Below are positions 1-8,455 of a stretch of DNA of 50,286 nt, one piece after another. How positions within the stretch are numbered: the stretch's first letter is position 1; each line of letters starts with the position of its first letter. The position numbers were made by a program, and so were the translations under genes. The DNA is taken from positions 1-50,286 of the IMG/VR virus record IMGVR_UViG_3300020043_006108. One strand, written 5' to 3'. The notes below the pieces were generated by a model that saw only the letters and a list, made by a program, of their open reading frames with translations, was not told the origin of the DNA and searched no databases. Source of the stretch: a virus (lineage: Duplodnaviria > Caudoviricetes).

Positions 1-94
1 AATGCGGCAACACATTTCCAACCTGAAGCAAGAAAAAAGACTTGAAATGCAGGGCGGAATGCAGCAATCTTAAAAATCTAAACACTTACAAACG

Positions 95-295
95 ATGAAA
101 AACATCTATCTACTCATTGAAGAGGACAAAGAAACCGGCGAAGGCTTTGTGAGGGGCCAAACAGCCGACGAAAACAAAGGGCTTGACTGGGCCAAACAAA
201 ATGCCAGAAAAGAAAAGTCATTCACCTCGACAGAAACAGGCTTTGCAACCAAAACAAAAGCCTTTGATGTAATCGACAAAAGCGACCTGCAATGA
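95..295 (+). CDS. Hypothetical protein, allele of 48443-48643
   Basis: Near-colinear with the 48443-48643 product (LIEE.K.TGEGFVRGQT.D..KGLDWAK.NA.K...F..T.TGFATK..AFDVI.KS.L). Confidence 0.8.
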   Translation: MKNIYLLIEEDKETGEGFVRGQTADENKGLDWAKQNARKEKSFTSTETGFATKTKAFDVIDKSDLQ

Positions 296-528
296 CCGAA
301 ACAGAAGAAAAACGCCCGCCGGGTCGCCCCCCTAAAGAGGGGTTAAAGCGCACCTATGACCGAACCCCGTCGATAAGATCAGACCACGCTGATCATTTGA
401 AGCACAAGAAACTAAGCCCATATATCGACCTTGGCTTAGAGGTTGCAATAGCAGCCATCGAACAAGGTCAGGAAGCCGCCATTAAGGCGGTAAACGATTA
501 CTTTAAAAACCTGGACAATGGAAAGTAA
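292..528 (+). CDS. Small putative DNA-binding protein (positional counterpart of 48640-48861)
   Basis: ATGA overlap with the upstream gene; N-terminal RPPGRPPK; shares S.R.DH and EA.I.A motifs with 48640-48861. Confidence 0.6.
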   Translation: MTETEEKRPPGRPPKEGLKRTYDRTPSIRSDHADHLKHKKLSPYIDLGLEVAIAAIEQGQEAAIKAVNDYFKNLDNGK

Positions 529-739
529 CGCGAAACAACTCGAAAATAAACAAGTGATTGTGACCGATATAGACGCGCTTATTGCGCATATCAAAGGGAT
601 GGAAGCCGACAAGGCAAAACTGCTCATTGCCCTCAAGGTCACAACCGCCACTTTGAAAAGAGTGGATTGGCTGGGGTCAAAAAGGGTGATAAATGAAGCG
701 CTTGAAATTATAAATGAAATCGAAAATTCAAAACCATGA
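518..739 (+). CDS. Hypothetical protein
   Basis: Operon packing; N-terminal half resembles 48858-49118. Confidence 0.65.
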   Translation: MESNAKQLENKQVIVTDIDALIAHIKGMEADKAKLLIALKVTTATLKRVDWLGSKRVINEALEIINEIENSKP

Positions 740-966
740 AAAAGGTAAAGATTACAGGATTTAGCACCAACCCGCGATGCGGGATAGCCGGGCGAACAGA
801 GTTGGTTAAAAAGGCTTTTTTAGAGGACGGCCTGGCATTTCCAATATTAGGCAGGGTAGATAAATCACAGGACGATCTTTTTATAGATGGCGATCAATGT
901 GGTCATCCCTGGGCGGCTTCTGCTTTTGTTTACCATGAAATTCCAGAAAAAAGTTTGCCGGAATAA
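736..966 (+). CDS. Hypothetical protein
   Basis: ATGA overlap with the preceding ORF. Confidence 0.6.
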   Translation: MKKVKITGFSTNPRCGIAGRTELVKKAFLEDGLAFPILGRVDKSQDDLFIDGDQCGHPWAASAFVYHEIPEKSLPE

Positions 967-977
967 AATAGTTTCAT

Positions 978-985
978 TATCTTTG
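978..985 (+). promoter_or_regulatory. Bacteroidota -7 promoter box (TATCTTTG)
   Basis: Matches TAnnTTTG; the same box precedes the homologous leader at 49151. Confidence 0.65.
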
Positions 986-988
986 TTC

Positions 989-1141
989 TGCCCAAAGGGG
1001 CCGCCGTCTGGTAAACGGTTGTAATTAGATTCACAATATTTTCAACGAATGCCCTTGATCGGGGCGGGTTTGTAGGGTGTGAATCCCCTACTTTATTGGC
1101 ATACCAACGCCGCCCCTCCGATCAAGGGCATTTCCATTTTT
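989..1141 (+). ncRNA. Structured leader RNA (C4/CI-like antisense or attenuator), copy A
   Basis: 5' hairpin CCGT-CTGGTAA-ACGG; long stem AATGCCCTTGATCGG/CCGATCAAGGGCATT enclosing GTAGGG/CCCTAC and GGC-ATACCAAC-GCC hairpins, then a U-rich tail. Conserved at 49162-49315 with a different-sequence inner hairpin. Confidence 0.7.
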
Positions 1142-1148
1142 AGTCGGT

Positions 1149-1625
1149 ATGAAAAACATAAGTATCGCAAAAGGTCAGATAGTTGTTGATAAAACAACAG
1201 GGTGCAGGGGCACTGTCTTGGAAGTCGTCGGAGACATGGTTCGCGTTCACAGCAAAGAAAACAGTATGCGCACAAGCGGTGACGGGTACCCGTGTCCAAT
1301 CGAGTACACAACATCCGCCCTGGATTTCACAGTAGAGTTTTCTGAACTAACAGACTACACTCCATATCCGTGGCACAGGAAAAACATTGTCTGCAAAACA
1401 GAATTTGGAAACGAGGCAGAACACTGGGTGCTTGGTGCTGACGGAACGGAATTGGCGTGTTGCGACAACTTCCACGATGCCGACCTTATGGCGTCGTCTA
1501 TTGATCTGCTTATTGCGGCAAAGGCGGCGCTTGCAGCACTGTCACAAAACGCCATATTCCCCGCCGACATAACCGCCGCGAAAAAGTGGCTATCGGACGC
1601 AATCGCCAAAGCCGAAACCGTTTAA
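1149..1625 (+). CDS. Hypothetical protein downstream of leader RNA A
   Basis: 158 aa ORF; C-terminal ~40 aa similar to the C-terminus of 48858-49118. Confidence 0.75.
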   Translation: MKNISIAKGQIVVDKTTGCRGTVLEVVGDMVRVHSKENSMRTSGDGYPCPIEYTTSALDFTVEFSELTDYTPYPWHRKNIVCKTEFGNEAEHWVLGADGTELACCDNFHDADLMASSIDLLIAAKAALAALSQNAIFPADITAAKKWLSDAIAKAETV

Positions 1626-1644
1626 CTCACACTCACTTTGCACT

Positions 1645-2469
1645 ATGTCAGGACAAATACACCGCCGCAAAAAGAACAAAGATTTTGTCATTTTAGACAC
1701 TCATTGCCTCCGAAATCCGGCGCTAAAATGGGATGCAAAAGGGCTTCATTCGTACCTTATGCAGTTGCCGGATGACTGGAAAATCAACATTTCAGACCTT
1801 ACAAACAGAAGTAAAGACGGAACCGAAGGGACTTCCACGCCGATGAACGCGCTAATAAAAGCGGGTTACGTGAAAAGAATTAAGGTTTTAGGTGAAAGGG
1901 GGCGGTTTGCTGGATATGATTACGAGGTTTTTGAGCATCCGCAAGCACAGGAAGTACAGCCGGAACCGCAACCCGAAATAGACACCACCGTAACCGGCTT
2001 TTCCGTACACGGTAAAACCGTAAACGGGGAATCCGTAAACGGGAAACCCGGTACTAATAAGGATGAAGAGAGTAAGGATGAAGGGTACATATATAAAGCG
2101 CACACGCAAGAAAACGAATTACCGCCTCCCAAAAGCCCAAAAATAGAAACAGCCGACGAAGCCCGTACCGCAATCAACGCCTGGCTAAACGACGGCAACG
2201 AGGAAACGGTAAAACTTTGGTATTCAGAGTTGAAAATAAACTACAACCGGGGCGAATTTAAAACCGTGCTGATAAAGTTTTGCTCCAACTACATGACTTC
2301 CTCCGATGAAGGATTTGTTCAAAGATTCCAAAAAGACCCGGTGAAGTTTTTCCGCAATCGGTTTCAAATATTTTTACCAACGTGCCGGGGTTTTGACGCG
2401 AAGCAATCAACTAAACCGGCACCATCACAAAACGGGGCGGTTTACACGCCACCGGCAAAACGATTTTGA
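1645..2469 (+). CDS. Phage replication initiator (N-terminal HTH-like domain, internal iterons), variant A
   Basis: AKGLHSYLMQLPDDWKIN..DL..RSKDG...L..AGY is typical of phage Rep N-termini; iterons lie mid-gene; DnaB is just downstream. Confidence 0.8.
   Translation: MSGQIHRRKKNKDFVILDTHCLRNPALKWDAKGLHSYLMQLPDDWKINISDLTNRSKDGTEGTSTPMNALIKAGYVKRIKVLGERGRFAGYDYEVFEHPQAQEVQPEPQPEIDTTVTGFSVHGKTVNGESVNGKPGTNKDEESKDEGYIYKAHTQENELPPPKSPKIETADEARTAINAWLNDGNEETVKLWYSELKINYNRGEFKTVLIKFCSNYMTSSDEGFVQRFQKDPVKFFRNRFQIFLPTCRGFDAKQSTKPAPSQNGAVYTPPAKRF
1988..2042. repeat. Four iterons, consensus CCGTA(A/C)(A/C)CGG, at a 15-bp period (putative origin A)
   Basis: CCGTAACCGG 1988, CCGTACACGG 2003, CCGTAAACGG 2018, CCGTAAACGG 2033; a purine/A-rich tract follows. 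Confidence 0.75.
2170..2290. repeat. 121-nt exact repeat of the window end (50166-50286)
   Basis: Base-by-base identity; near-identity extends back to ~2130/50126. Confidence 0.9.
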
Positions 2470-2472
2470 AAG

Positions 2473-2646
2473 ATGGAAAAATTGTATCTCGTATTCGTGG
2501 GCGGAAAACTTGCGCCATGGGAACTTCGGAATAAATGGGGGAGCCTTGTTAGGCGCAGGAAAAGAGCGTGGAGCCTAACAAAATGGGCAGATACAAACGG
2601 ATATACCGTAGAGATAAACTACAACCCGAAATACGAAACGCAATGA
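2473..2646 (+). CDS. Small hypothetical protein, 57 aa (MEKLYLVFVGGK...YETQ; not in ORF track)
   Basis: Fills the rep-dnaB gap; its TGA overlaps the ATG at 2643. Confidence 0.55.
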   Translation: MEKLYLVFVGGKLAPWELRNKWGSLVRRRKRAWSLTKWADTNGYTVEINYNPKYETQ

Positions 2647-4073
2647 CCCACCCATACGCAAAAGTCCAACCCCAGGCAATCCCACTCGAACAAGCCGTAC
2701 TTGGTGCGCTTATGCTCGACCGTGAAGCCGTGTTACAGGTTGTTGATCTGCTAAGCCCGGAGAGTTTCTATTTGGATTCTCACCAACTGATTTACAAAGC
2801 AATCGTTTCGCTTTTCAACAGATCGGAGCCGGTTGATTTACTGACCGTCACGGAAGAGTTGAAAAAGTCGGGCGATCTTGAAAAGGTCGGGAATGCTTAC
2901 TACCTGATTGAGTTGTCAAATCAAGTAGCCAGTTCGGCGAATATTGAATATCACTCCCGGATCATTCAGGAAAAGTGGATGCAAAGGAGGCTGATAGAAA
3001 CCGGGAGTATCATTTTGCGGGATGGTTTTTCAGACGAAATAGACGTGTTTGAGCAGATTGAAGCCGCCGAAAAATCCATCTACGAAATCACAGCCGGAAC
3101 GAACAAGAAGGACGCAAAATCGGCAAAAGACATAAGCCGGAAGGTTTTACGGAACATCGAAGCAGCGGTAAAGAAAAGAGAATCGGGAGGCGTTACGGGT
3201 GTGCCTACGGGGTTGAGCGATATAGACCAAAAAACGGGCGGGTTGCAAAATTCGGATTTGATAATTATTGCAGCCAGGCCCGGCATGGGAAAAACTGGAC
3301 TTGCAATGTCAATAGCACTAAGGGCGGCCCAACAGGATAGCGCCGTCGGTATTTTCTCCCTGGAAATGTCTGAAACGCAGTTAATGGCCCGATTGATCGG
3401 CGGCGAAAGCGGGGTTTCTTCCAACCGCATGATGAGCGGCGATGTAAAGGAATACGAATGGGGGCAATTACAAACCACAATAGAGGGGTTTGATAGCCTG
3501 AAACTTTACATTGACGATACGGCAGCCATATCCGTTACCGCGTTAAGAGCAAAGGCCCGAAGGATGAAAATGAAGTACAATATTTCGCTGGTAATTGTAG
3601 ACTATTTGCAGTTAATGAAGTCCAGCGAAAAAGGAGGAAACAGAGAGCAGGAAATTTCCCGGATCAGTCAGGGGCTAAAGGCGCTTGCTAAAGAATTGGA
3701 CATTCCTGTTATTGCGCTGTCTCAACTTTCCAGAGCGGTCGAAACAAGGGGCGGAAGCAAGCGACCCCAACTGTCAGACCTTCGTGAGAGCGGTAGTATT
3801 GAGCAGGACGCGGATATAGTAGCGTTTATTTACCGCCCCGAATATTATCAGATTTTAGAAGATGAAAATGGAAGAAGCCTAAAAGGTATCGCAGAGATCA
3901 TTTTTGCAAAACACAGGAACGGCGGGATTGGAACGGTTGAGGTTGAATTTGAAGAACAGTTTGCAAGGTTCTCTGACATTAAAACCGGGCAATTCCCAAC
4001 CACAGCGCCCTATTCTCCATCGGCGGGGATAACGGCAAACCGCAGAGAAAACGATGAGGATATACCGTTTTGA
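2643..4073 (+). CDS. dnaB: Replicative DNA helicase DnaB
   Basis: PQAIPLEQAVLGALM N-domain, Walker A AARPGMGKT, FSLEMS, IVDYLQLM, ALSQLSR, SDLRESGSIEQDAD, KHRNG. Start moved to ATG 2643. Confidence 0.97.
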   Translation: MTHPYAKVQPQAIPLEQAVLGALMLDREAVLQVVDLLSPESFYLDSHQLIYKAIVSLFNRSEPVDLLTVTEELKKSGDLEKVGNAYYLIELSNQVASSANIEYHSRIIQEKWMQRRLIETGSIILRDGFSDEIDVFEQIEAAEKSIYEITAGTNKKDAKSAKDISRKVLRNIEAAVKKRESGGVTGVPTGLSDIDQKTGGLQNSDLIIIAARPGMGKTGLAMSIALRAAQQDSAVGIFSLEMSETQLMARLIGGESGVSSNRMMSGDVKEYEWGQLQTTIEGFDSLKLYIDDTAAISVTALRAKARRMKMKYNISLVIVDYLQLMKSSEKGGNREQEISRISQGLKALAKELDIPVIALSQLSRAVETRGGSKRPQLSDLRESGSIEQDADIVAFIYRPEYYQILEDENGRSLKGIAEIIFAKHRNGGIGTVEVEFEEQFARFSDIKTGQFPTTAPYSPSAGITANRRENDEDIPF

Positions 4074-4090
4074 AAATACTTTCACAAATA

Positions 4091-4122
4091 CTTGCACGGT
4101 AATATTTTGCCGCTTACCTTTG
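4091..4122 (+). promoter_or_regulatory. Promoter CTTGCACGGTA...TACCTTTG
   Basis: Same 11-mer and the same 20-nt TTG-to-TAnnTTTG spacing as 43363 and 43862. Confidence 0.7.
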
Positions 4123-4138
4123 ACGAAAATCCGAAACA

Positions 4139-4342
4139 ATGACATGCAAGCAATTCACCGAATTAAAACCCGGAACTCATTTTTGGGGCAAATTTGAAGG
4201 CGGAATGGCCGTATTTTTTAAAGATTGCTACAACTGCATTTATATATGTGGTGGATGGGAAGGATCATTTCATTGCGACAAAATAGAATTTGTTTCCATC
4301 ATCGAAAACCCAAACCCTGAAACCGAAACGTATTACAAATAA
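4139..4342 (+). CDS. Hypothetical protein
   Basis: Follows the promoter at 4091-4122. Confidence 0.65.
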   Translation: MTCKQFTELKPGTHFWGKFEGGMAVFFKDCYNCIYICGGWEGSFHCDKIEFVSIIENPNPETETYYK

Positions 4343-4353
4343 AATTAAACAAG

Positions 4354-6585
4354 ATGAATGAGTACGAGCAATTCATTGCAACCAAGAAAAAGCACTTTTT
4401 AGCGTCCGGTTTTGACGTTGAAAATTCAGACCTGAACAAAAACCTTTTTGATTTTCAGCAGTACGTTGTAAAGACCGCAATCAAAAAAGGAAAGTATGCA
4501 ATCTTCGCCGATTGCGGATTAGGGAAAACCCTTATGCAATTAGAGTTTGCAAATCAGGTTTCCCAAAAAACGGGAAAGCCGGTTCTGATACTTTGTCCCC
4601 TGGCGGTTGCCGGGCAGACAAAACAAGAGGCGCTTCGTTTCGGGATAGGCCCCATTTGGAGTTATGACCCGGCGAGAATGAATGGCAATCCAATTCAGCC
4701 CAAAATCTACATTTCCAATTACGATCAACTCGAAAACATCGACACGGAAAAATTTTCCGGCGTTGTGCTTGACGAATCGAGCGTACTGAAGAACTTTGAA
4801 GGCAAGACCCGAACCGCGATCATTGAAGCGTTTGCAAACACTCCTTACAAACTCGCTTGCACGGCTACGCCATCGCCAAACGACCCAATGGAATTAGGTA
4901 ATCACTCCGAATTTCTGAACGTAATGAGCCGCAATGAAATGCTGGCAATGTACTTTGTCCACGACGGCGGCGATACTTCAAAATGGAGGCTGAAAGGCCA
5001 CGCAGCGCAGCCGTTTTGGGATTGGGTTTCTGAATGGGCGGTGATGTTTTCCAATCCTTCCGACATTGGATTTTCTGCCGATGGGTACGTCCTTCCCGGT
5101 TTAAATTTACTGGATCGTCAAATTGTGACCGGCGGAAGAAATAACGGGAAACTGTTCAATGACGTACACGTATCGGCAACGGACTTCAACGCTGAACTTC
5201 GCCTTACCAAAGTAGAAAGACTTTCCGAAGTGGTTGGTATTGTAAATGATTCAGACGAAAACTTTATCATTTGGATTAAGCAAGATGAGGAAGGCGATTA
5301 CCTGAAAAAATTAATCCCCGACGCTATCGAGGTGCGGGGCAGTCACTCACAGGAATTTAAAGAAAGGCATCTTTTGGGATTTGCTAAAGGCGAATTTCGG
5401 GTACTGATTACCAAAACCAAAATTGCGCAGTTCGGGCTGAACTATCAAAACTGCCGCAACCAAGTATTTGCATCATTAGACTTTTCCTTTGAGGGGCTTT
5501 ACCAGGCAATCCGCAGATCGTACCGTTTTGGCCAAAAAAACGAGGTTAATATCTACATGATCACAACCGACACCATGCAAAACGTGGTGCAGTCCATCCA
5601 AAGAAAACAGGATCAATTTGAAAAAATGCAAACGGCAATGAGTAAAGCCGTAAACCTTAACCGCGCAAACAAACAAAAAATGGAACGCCAATTTGAAGAA
5701 TACAAAACCGAAAATTGCACCGTTCAATTGGGCGACTGCGTCAGGTTGATTGAAAACGTAAAAGATGAATCGGTAGGGCTTACGGTTTTCAGCCCGCCAT
5801 TTGCAGAACTTTATACCTATTCCGACCAGGTAGAGGATATGGGTAACAGTAAAGACTATAACGAATTTATGTTTGCGTTTTCGTTCCTCGTTAAAAACCT
5901 CTTCCGGGCAACTATTACAGGCAGAAACGTTGTGGTTCACTGCATGGATTTGCCAATCCAAAAAGGCAAGGAGGGCGTCATTGCGCTGAGGGATTTTTCT
6001 GGCATGATTATCAAAGCGTTTGCCGATGCCGGGTTTGTTTATCACTCCCGCGTTACATTATGGAAAAACCCCGTTACTGAAATGCAAAGAACAAACGCCC
6101 TGGGTCTACTTCATAAGCAAATCAAAAAGAATGCTGCAATGTCACGGGTTGGGATACCCGATTATCTTTTGGTTTTCAGGAAAGACGGTGACGCGGTTAG
6201 CCCTGTAACGCACCAAGATACCGACCCATCAAAACCAGATTATCTGCCTGTTAATTTGTGGCAGAAATACGCTTCTCCCGTCTGGATGGACATTGACTAC
6301 GGAGACACGTTGAACGTTCGCCAGGCGCGTGAAGAAGAAGACGAAAAACACATCTGCCCATTACAGTTGGGAACAATCGAACGAGCCATACACCTTTGGA
6401 GCAACGAGAATGATTTAGTTTTAGATCCGTTCGGAGGGATCGGAAGCACGGGATTTAAAGCGCTGCAAATGAAAAGACGTGCATTGATGTTCGAGTTAAA
6501 GAAATCGTACTTTGATGTCAATGTAAGAAACTGCAAAGCAGCGGAAGCAAAGAACAGCCAGGCGGTTTTGGAATTTAGTTTTTAG
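4354..6585 (+). CDS. SNF2/SF2 helicase-like domain fused to a beta-class N4-C/N6-A DNA methyltransferase
   Basis: ADCGLGKT, LDESS, TATP and QAIRRSYRFGQ helicase motifs; C-terminal FSPPF (motif IV) precedes VLDPFGGIGST (SAM binding). Confidence 0.85.
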   Translation: MNEYEQFIATKKKHFLASGFDVENSDLNKNLFDFQQYVVKTAIKKGKYAIFADCGLGKTLMQLEFANQVSQKTGKPVLILCPLAVAGQTKQEALRFGIGPIWSYDPARMNGNPIQPKIYISNYDQLENIDTEKFSGVVLDESSVLKNFEGKTRTAIIEAFANTPYKLACTATPSPNDPMELGNHSEFLNVMSRNEMLAMYFVHDGGDTSKWRLKGHAAQPFWDWVSEWAVMFSNPSDIGFSADGYVLPGLNLLDRQIVTGGRNNGKLFNDVHVSATDFNAELRLTKVERLSEVVGIVNDSDENFIIWIKQDEEGDYLKKLIPDAIEVRGSHSQEFKERHLLGFAKGEFRVLITKTKIAQFGLNYQNCRNQVFASLDFSFEGLYQAIRRSYRFGQKNEVNIYMITTDTMQNVVQSIQRKQDQFEKMQTAMSKAVNLNRANKQKMERQFEEYKTENCTVQLGDCVRLIENVKDESVGLTVFSPPFAELYTYSDQVEDMGNSKDYNEFMFAFSFLVKNLFRATITGRNVVVHCMDLPIQKGKEGVIALRDFSGMIIKAFADAGFVYHSRVTLWKNPVTEMQRTNALGLLHKQIKKNAAMSRVGIPDYLLVFRKDGDAVSPVTHQDTDPSKPDYLPVNLWQKYASPVWMDIDYGDTLNVRQAREEEDEKHICPLQLGTIERAIHLWSNENDLVLDPFGGIGSTGFKALQMKRRALMFELKKSYFDVNVRNCKAAEAKNSQAVLEFSF

Positions 6586-6602
6586 TGTTTACATTTACAC
6601 CA

Positions 6603-6685
6603 CAATCGTACGAGGATTGATAAGAAATGGTGCCGCGCTTTCCTTGTAACTCGTGCTTGCAGGGTTTGTGCGGCACTTAAATTTT
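6603..6685 (+). promoter_or_regulatory. Kissing-loop leader element (loops GTACGAG / CTCGTGC)
   Basis: CAATC-GTACGAG-GATTG hairpin, then a GTGCCGCGC..GTGCGGCAC stem enclosing CCTTGTAA-CTCGTGC-TTGCAGGG; near-consensus -7 box TACATTTA at 6590. Confidence 0.55.
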
Positions 6686-6690
6686 AAAGG

Positions 6691-7068
6691 ATGCCCGACA
6701 TAACAATGTGTTCCAACCAAGAATGCCCACAGGCCGATAACTGTTGGCGCTTCGGATGCCCACCGTCGGCACGGAATCAATATTATCAGGACTTCCAACC
6801 AAAGCAAGACGACGACGATGGTTTTATGTGCGACTTTTTTATTGAATACCCGCCACTGCCTGAAATCACACCACAGCGCGCCTTGTCTCACCAATGCGGA
6901 GAAATAGGAACGCTTACGACTGAAATAATGGCGCTGCACTGGTTTAGGTTGTACAACGACCAACTGCCGCCCGAAGAAATCCAGATCGTTAAAAACCTGC
7001 TTTCCAATATTGCAATCCGGGTTTCGGACGCGATAAGGATGTGCGGGGAAATTGAAAAAATGAAATGA
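6691..7068 (+). CDS. Hypothetical protein with Cys-rich N-terminus
   Basis: PDITMC...CP....C.RF motif seen in small phage proteins. Confidence 0.7.
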   Translation: MPDITMCSNQECPQADNCWRFGCPPSARNQYYQDFQPKQDDDDGFMCDFFIEYPPLPEITPQRALSHQCGEIGTLTTEIMALHWFRLYNDQLPPEEIQIVKNLLSNIAIRVSDAIRMCGEIEKMK

Positions 7069-7505
7069 GCGCCCATCTGTACATCGGAATTGATCCGGAC
7101 GTTGACAAATCCGGTTTTGCGGTCTGGAACAAACCGGCACAAAAATTTGAGAGCATTGAGGCGCTTGGCCTGGCAGAAATTATGTCTTTTTTTCAGGTTA
7201 TGAAAATCAGTATTGAAATCGTGGTCATCGAGGCCGGGTACATGAACAAAGGCAATCGCCACACCTTCAAAGGCCAAACAGTAGCCGCCGCCGCAAAGAC
7301 CGGGGAAAATGTAGGAAGAAATCACCAACGCGGCATGGATATTGTCGAGATATTGGAATGGATGAAAATACCGTACCGGCTACAAAAACCGATAACGCCG
7401 AACAAGTGGAAAGACGACGCGGCGTACTTCAAAACGATAACGGGCTGGCACGGGAAAACAAACCCGGAAAAAAGAGATGCGGCAATGCTGGTTTATGGCA
7501 TGTAG
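7065..7505 (+). CDS. RuvC-like Holliday junction resolvase
   Basis: YIGIDPD..KSG, VVIEAG and RDAAML acidic residues of the RNase H/RuvC fold. Confidence 0.8.
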   Translation: MSAHLYIGIDPDVDKSGFAVWNKPAQKFESIEALGLAEIMSFFQVMKISIEIVVIEAGYMNKGNRHTFKGQTVAAAAKTGENVGRNHQRGMDIVEILEWMKIPYRLQKPITPNKWKDDAAYFKTITGWHGKTNPEKRDAAMLVYGM

Positions 7506-7542
7506 CCGCCAAAGAATGAATAAAGGTTTTTTAGACTATTGC

Positions 7543-7571
7543 CCCGGAGAAGTAATTTACCGGGTATTTTT
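7543..7571 (+). terminator. Possible intrinsic terminator
   Basis: CCCGG..CCGGG hairpin followed by TATTTTT. Confidence 0.4.
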
Positions 7572-7766
7572 CAAACATTGTTCTTGGGGTTATCAAAAGC
7601 GGGGTCAACCTCCGGCGAAAAGTCAAAGGGGGTTGACACTTTAAATTAAACAAAAATGACAAACCGAAACTACAAATATTCCGCTCAGGTCGTTTTTATA
7701 TGCCTGATTGCCGGGATAATGCTTATCTTAGTCACCGCGTTACAAGCGCATGGAATTTTACCAAGA

Positions 7767-7936
7767 TGAGATATTTGATAACACAGGGGCAATTTTTCCC
7801 GCCGTTTTTCACCGACAATTTCGACCCCGAAAACCACTGGCAGGAACACGTTGATATGGTTGTGTATGATCTTAATTGCAGCCTATACACAATTGACGGA
7901 AAAGCGTGGGAACCGATAGCAATAGACGGACTATGA
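7767..7936 (+). CDS. Small hypothetical protein (MRYLITQG..., start approximate)
   Basis: Internal ATG of the 7700-7936 ORF, coupled to the neighbouring ORFs. Confidence 0.5.
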
Positions 7937-8163
7937 AAAAGGCCACAACCGTAACCCCATCCTCACTTTTCAAGCCGAATGAAAGGTTTATTCAAACTAC
8001 CTTTGTACGGGTGTGCAGAAAGAAGCACGATTTAACCGTCGAACAATCCGAACGGGTTTTTGAATCCGCTAAAGCAACCGGCGTTTTGAAACACGTTAGC
8101 ACATGGGGAGCGATTGCGGGCATTCCGATTTACGTTGCAAATCTTGGAACGATAACGATTTAA
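7933..8163 (+). CDS. Hypothetical protein (MKKATTV...)
   Basis: ATGA overlap with the upstream ORF. Confidence 0.6.
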   Translation: MKKATTVTPSSLFKPNERFIQTTFVRVCRKKHDLTVEQSERVFESAKATGVLKHVSTWGAIAGIPIYVANLGTITI

Positions 8164-8176
8164 AAAGAAAGGGATC

Positions 8177-8455
8177 ATGAACCTTTGCGAAAGACATCAA
8201 ATGATGCACGATATAGGCCGGACTTTTGAGGTGCATCCATACTACCCGGTTTCCCAAAATCGATGCGTGGTATGTAGTCCGCCGATTAAGGTGTCCCGCT
8301 CTCTCAGAAAATACCTTTGGCGAAAAAGGCGCAATCTGGCAACGCGGCGGCGCAAAACAGACGTATCTCCACTGCTTGATGTTTATTTGTGCGGAGAGAT
8401 AAGCCGAATTTCTGAAATACTGAATAACAAACACTACCAAAGAGGGCAAGTATGA
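8177..8455 (+). CDS. Hypothetical basic protein
   Basis: Operon packing; ATGA overlap with the next gene. Confidence 0.55.
   Translation: MNLCERHQMMHDIGRTFEVHPYYPVSQNRCVVCSPPIKVSRSLRKYLWRKRRNLATRRRKTDVSPLLDVYLCGEISRISEILNNKHYQRGQV

Noticed and set aside
1047-1132. tRNA gene
   Set aside because: Branched structure, but no T-loop or D-loop consensus and the closing stem is far too long.
4040-4073. SSB-like acidic DEDIPF tail on DnaB as a novelty
   Set aside because: As I recall, Bacteroidota DnaB proteins often end in an acidic ..PF tail, so it is probably inherited from a host-type gene.
7604-7640. GTCAACCTCC/GGGGGTTGAC hairpin as a fifth kissing-loop leader
   Set aside because: I found no upstream hairpin with a complementary loop and no clear promoter box.
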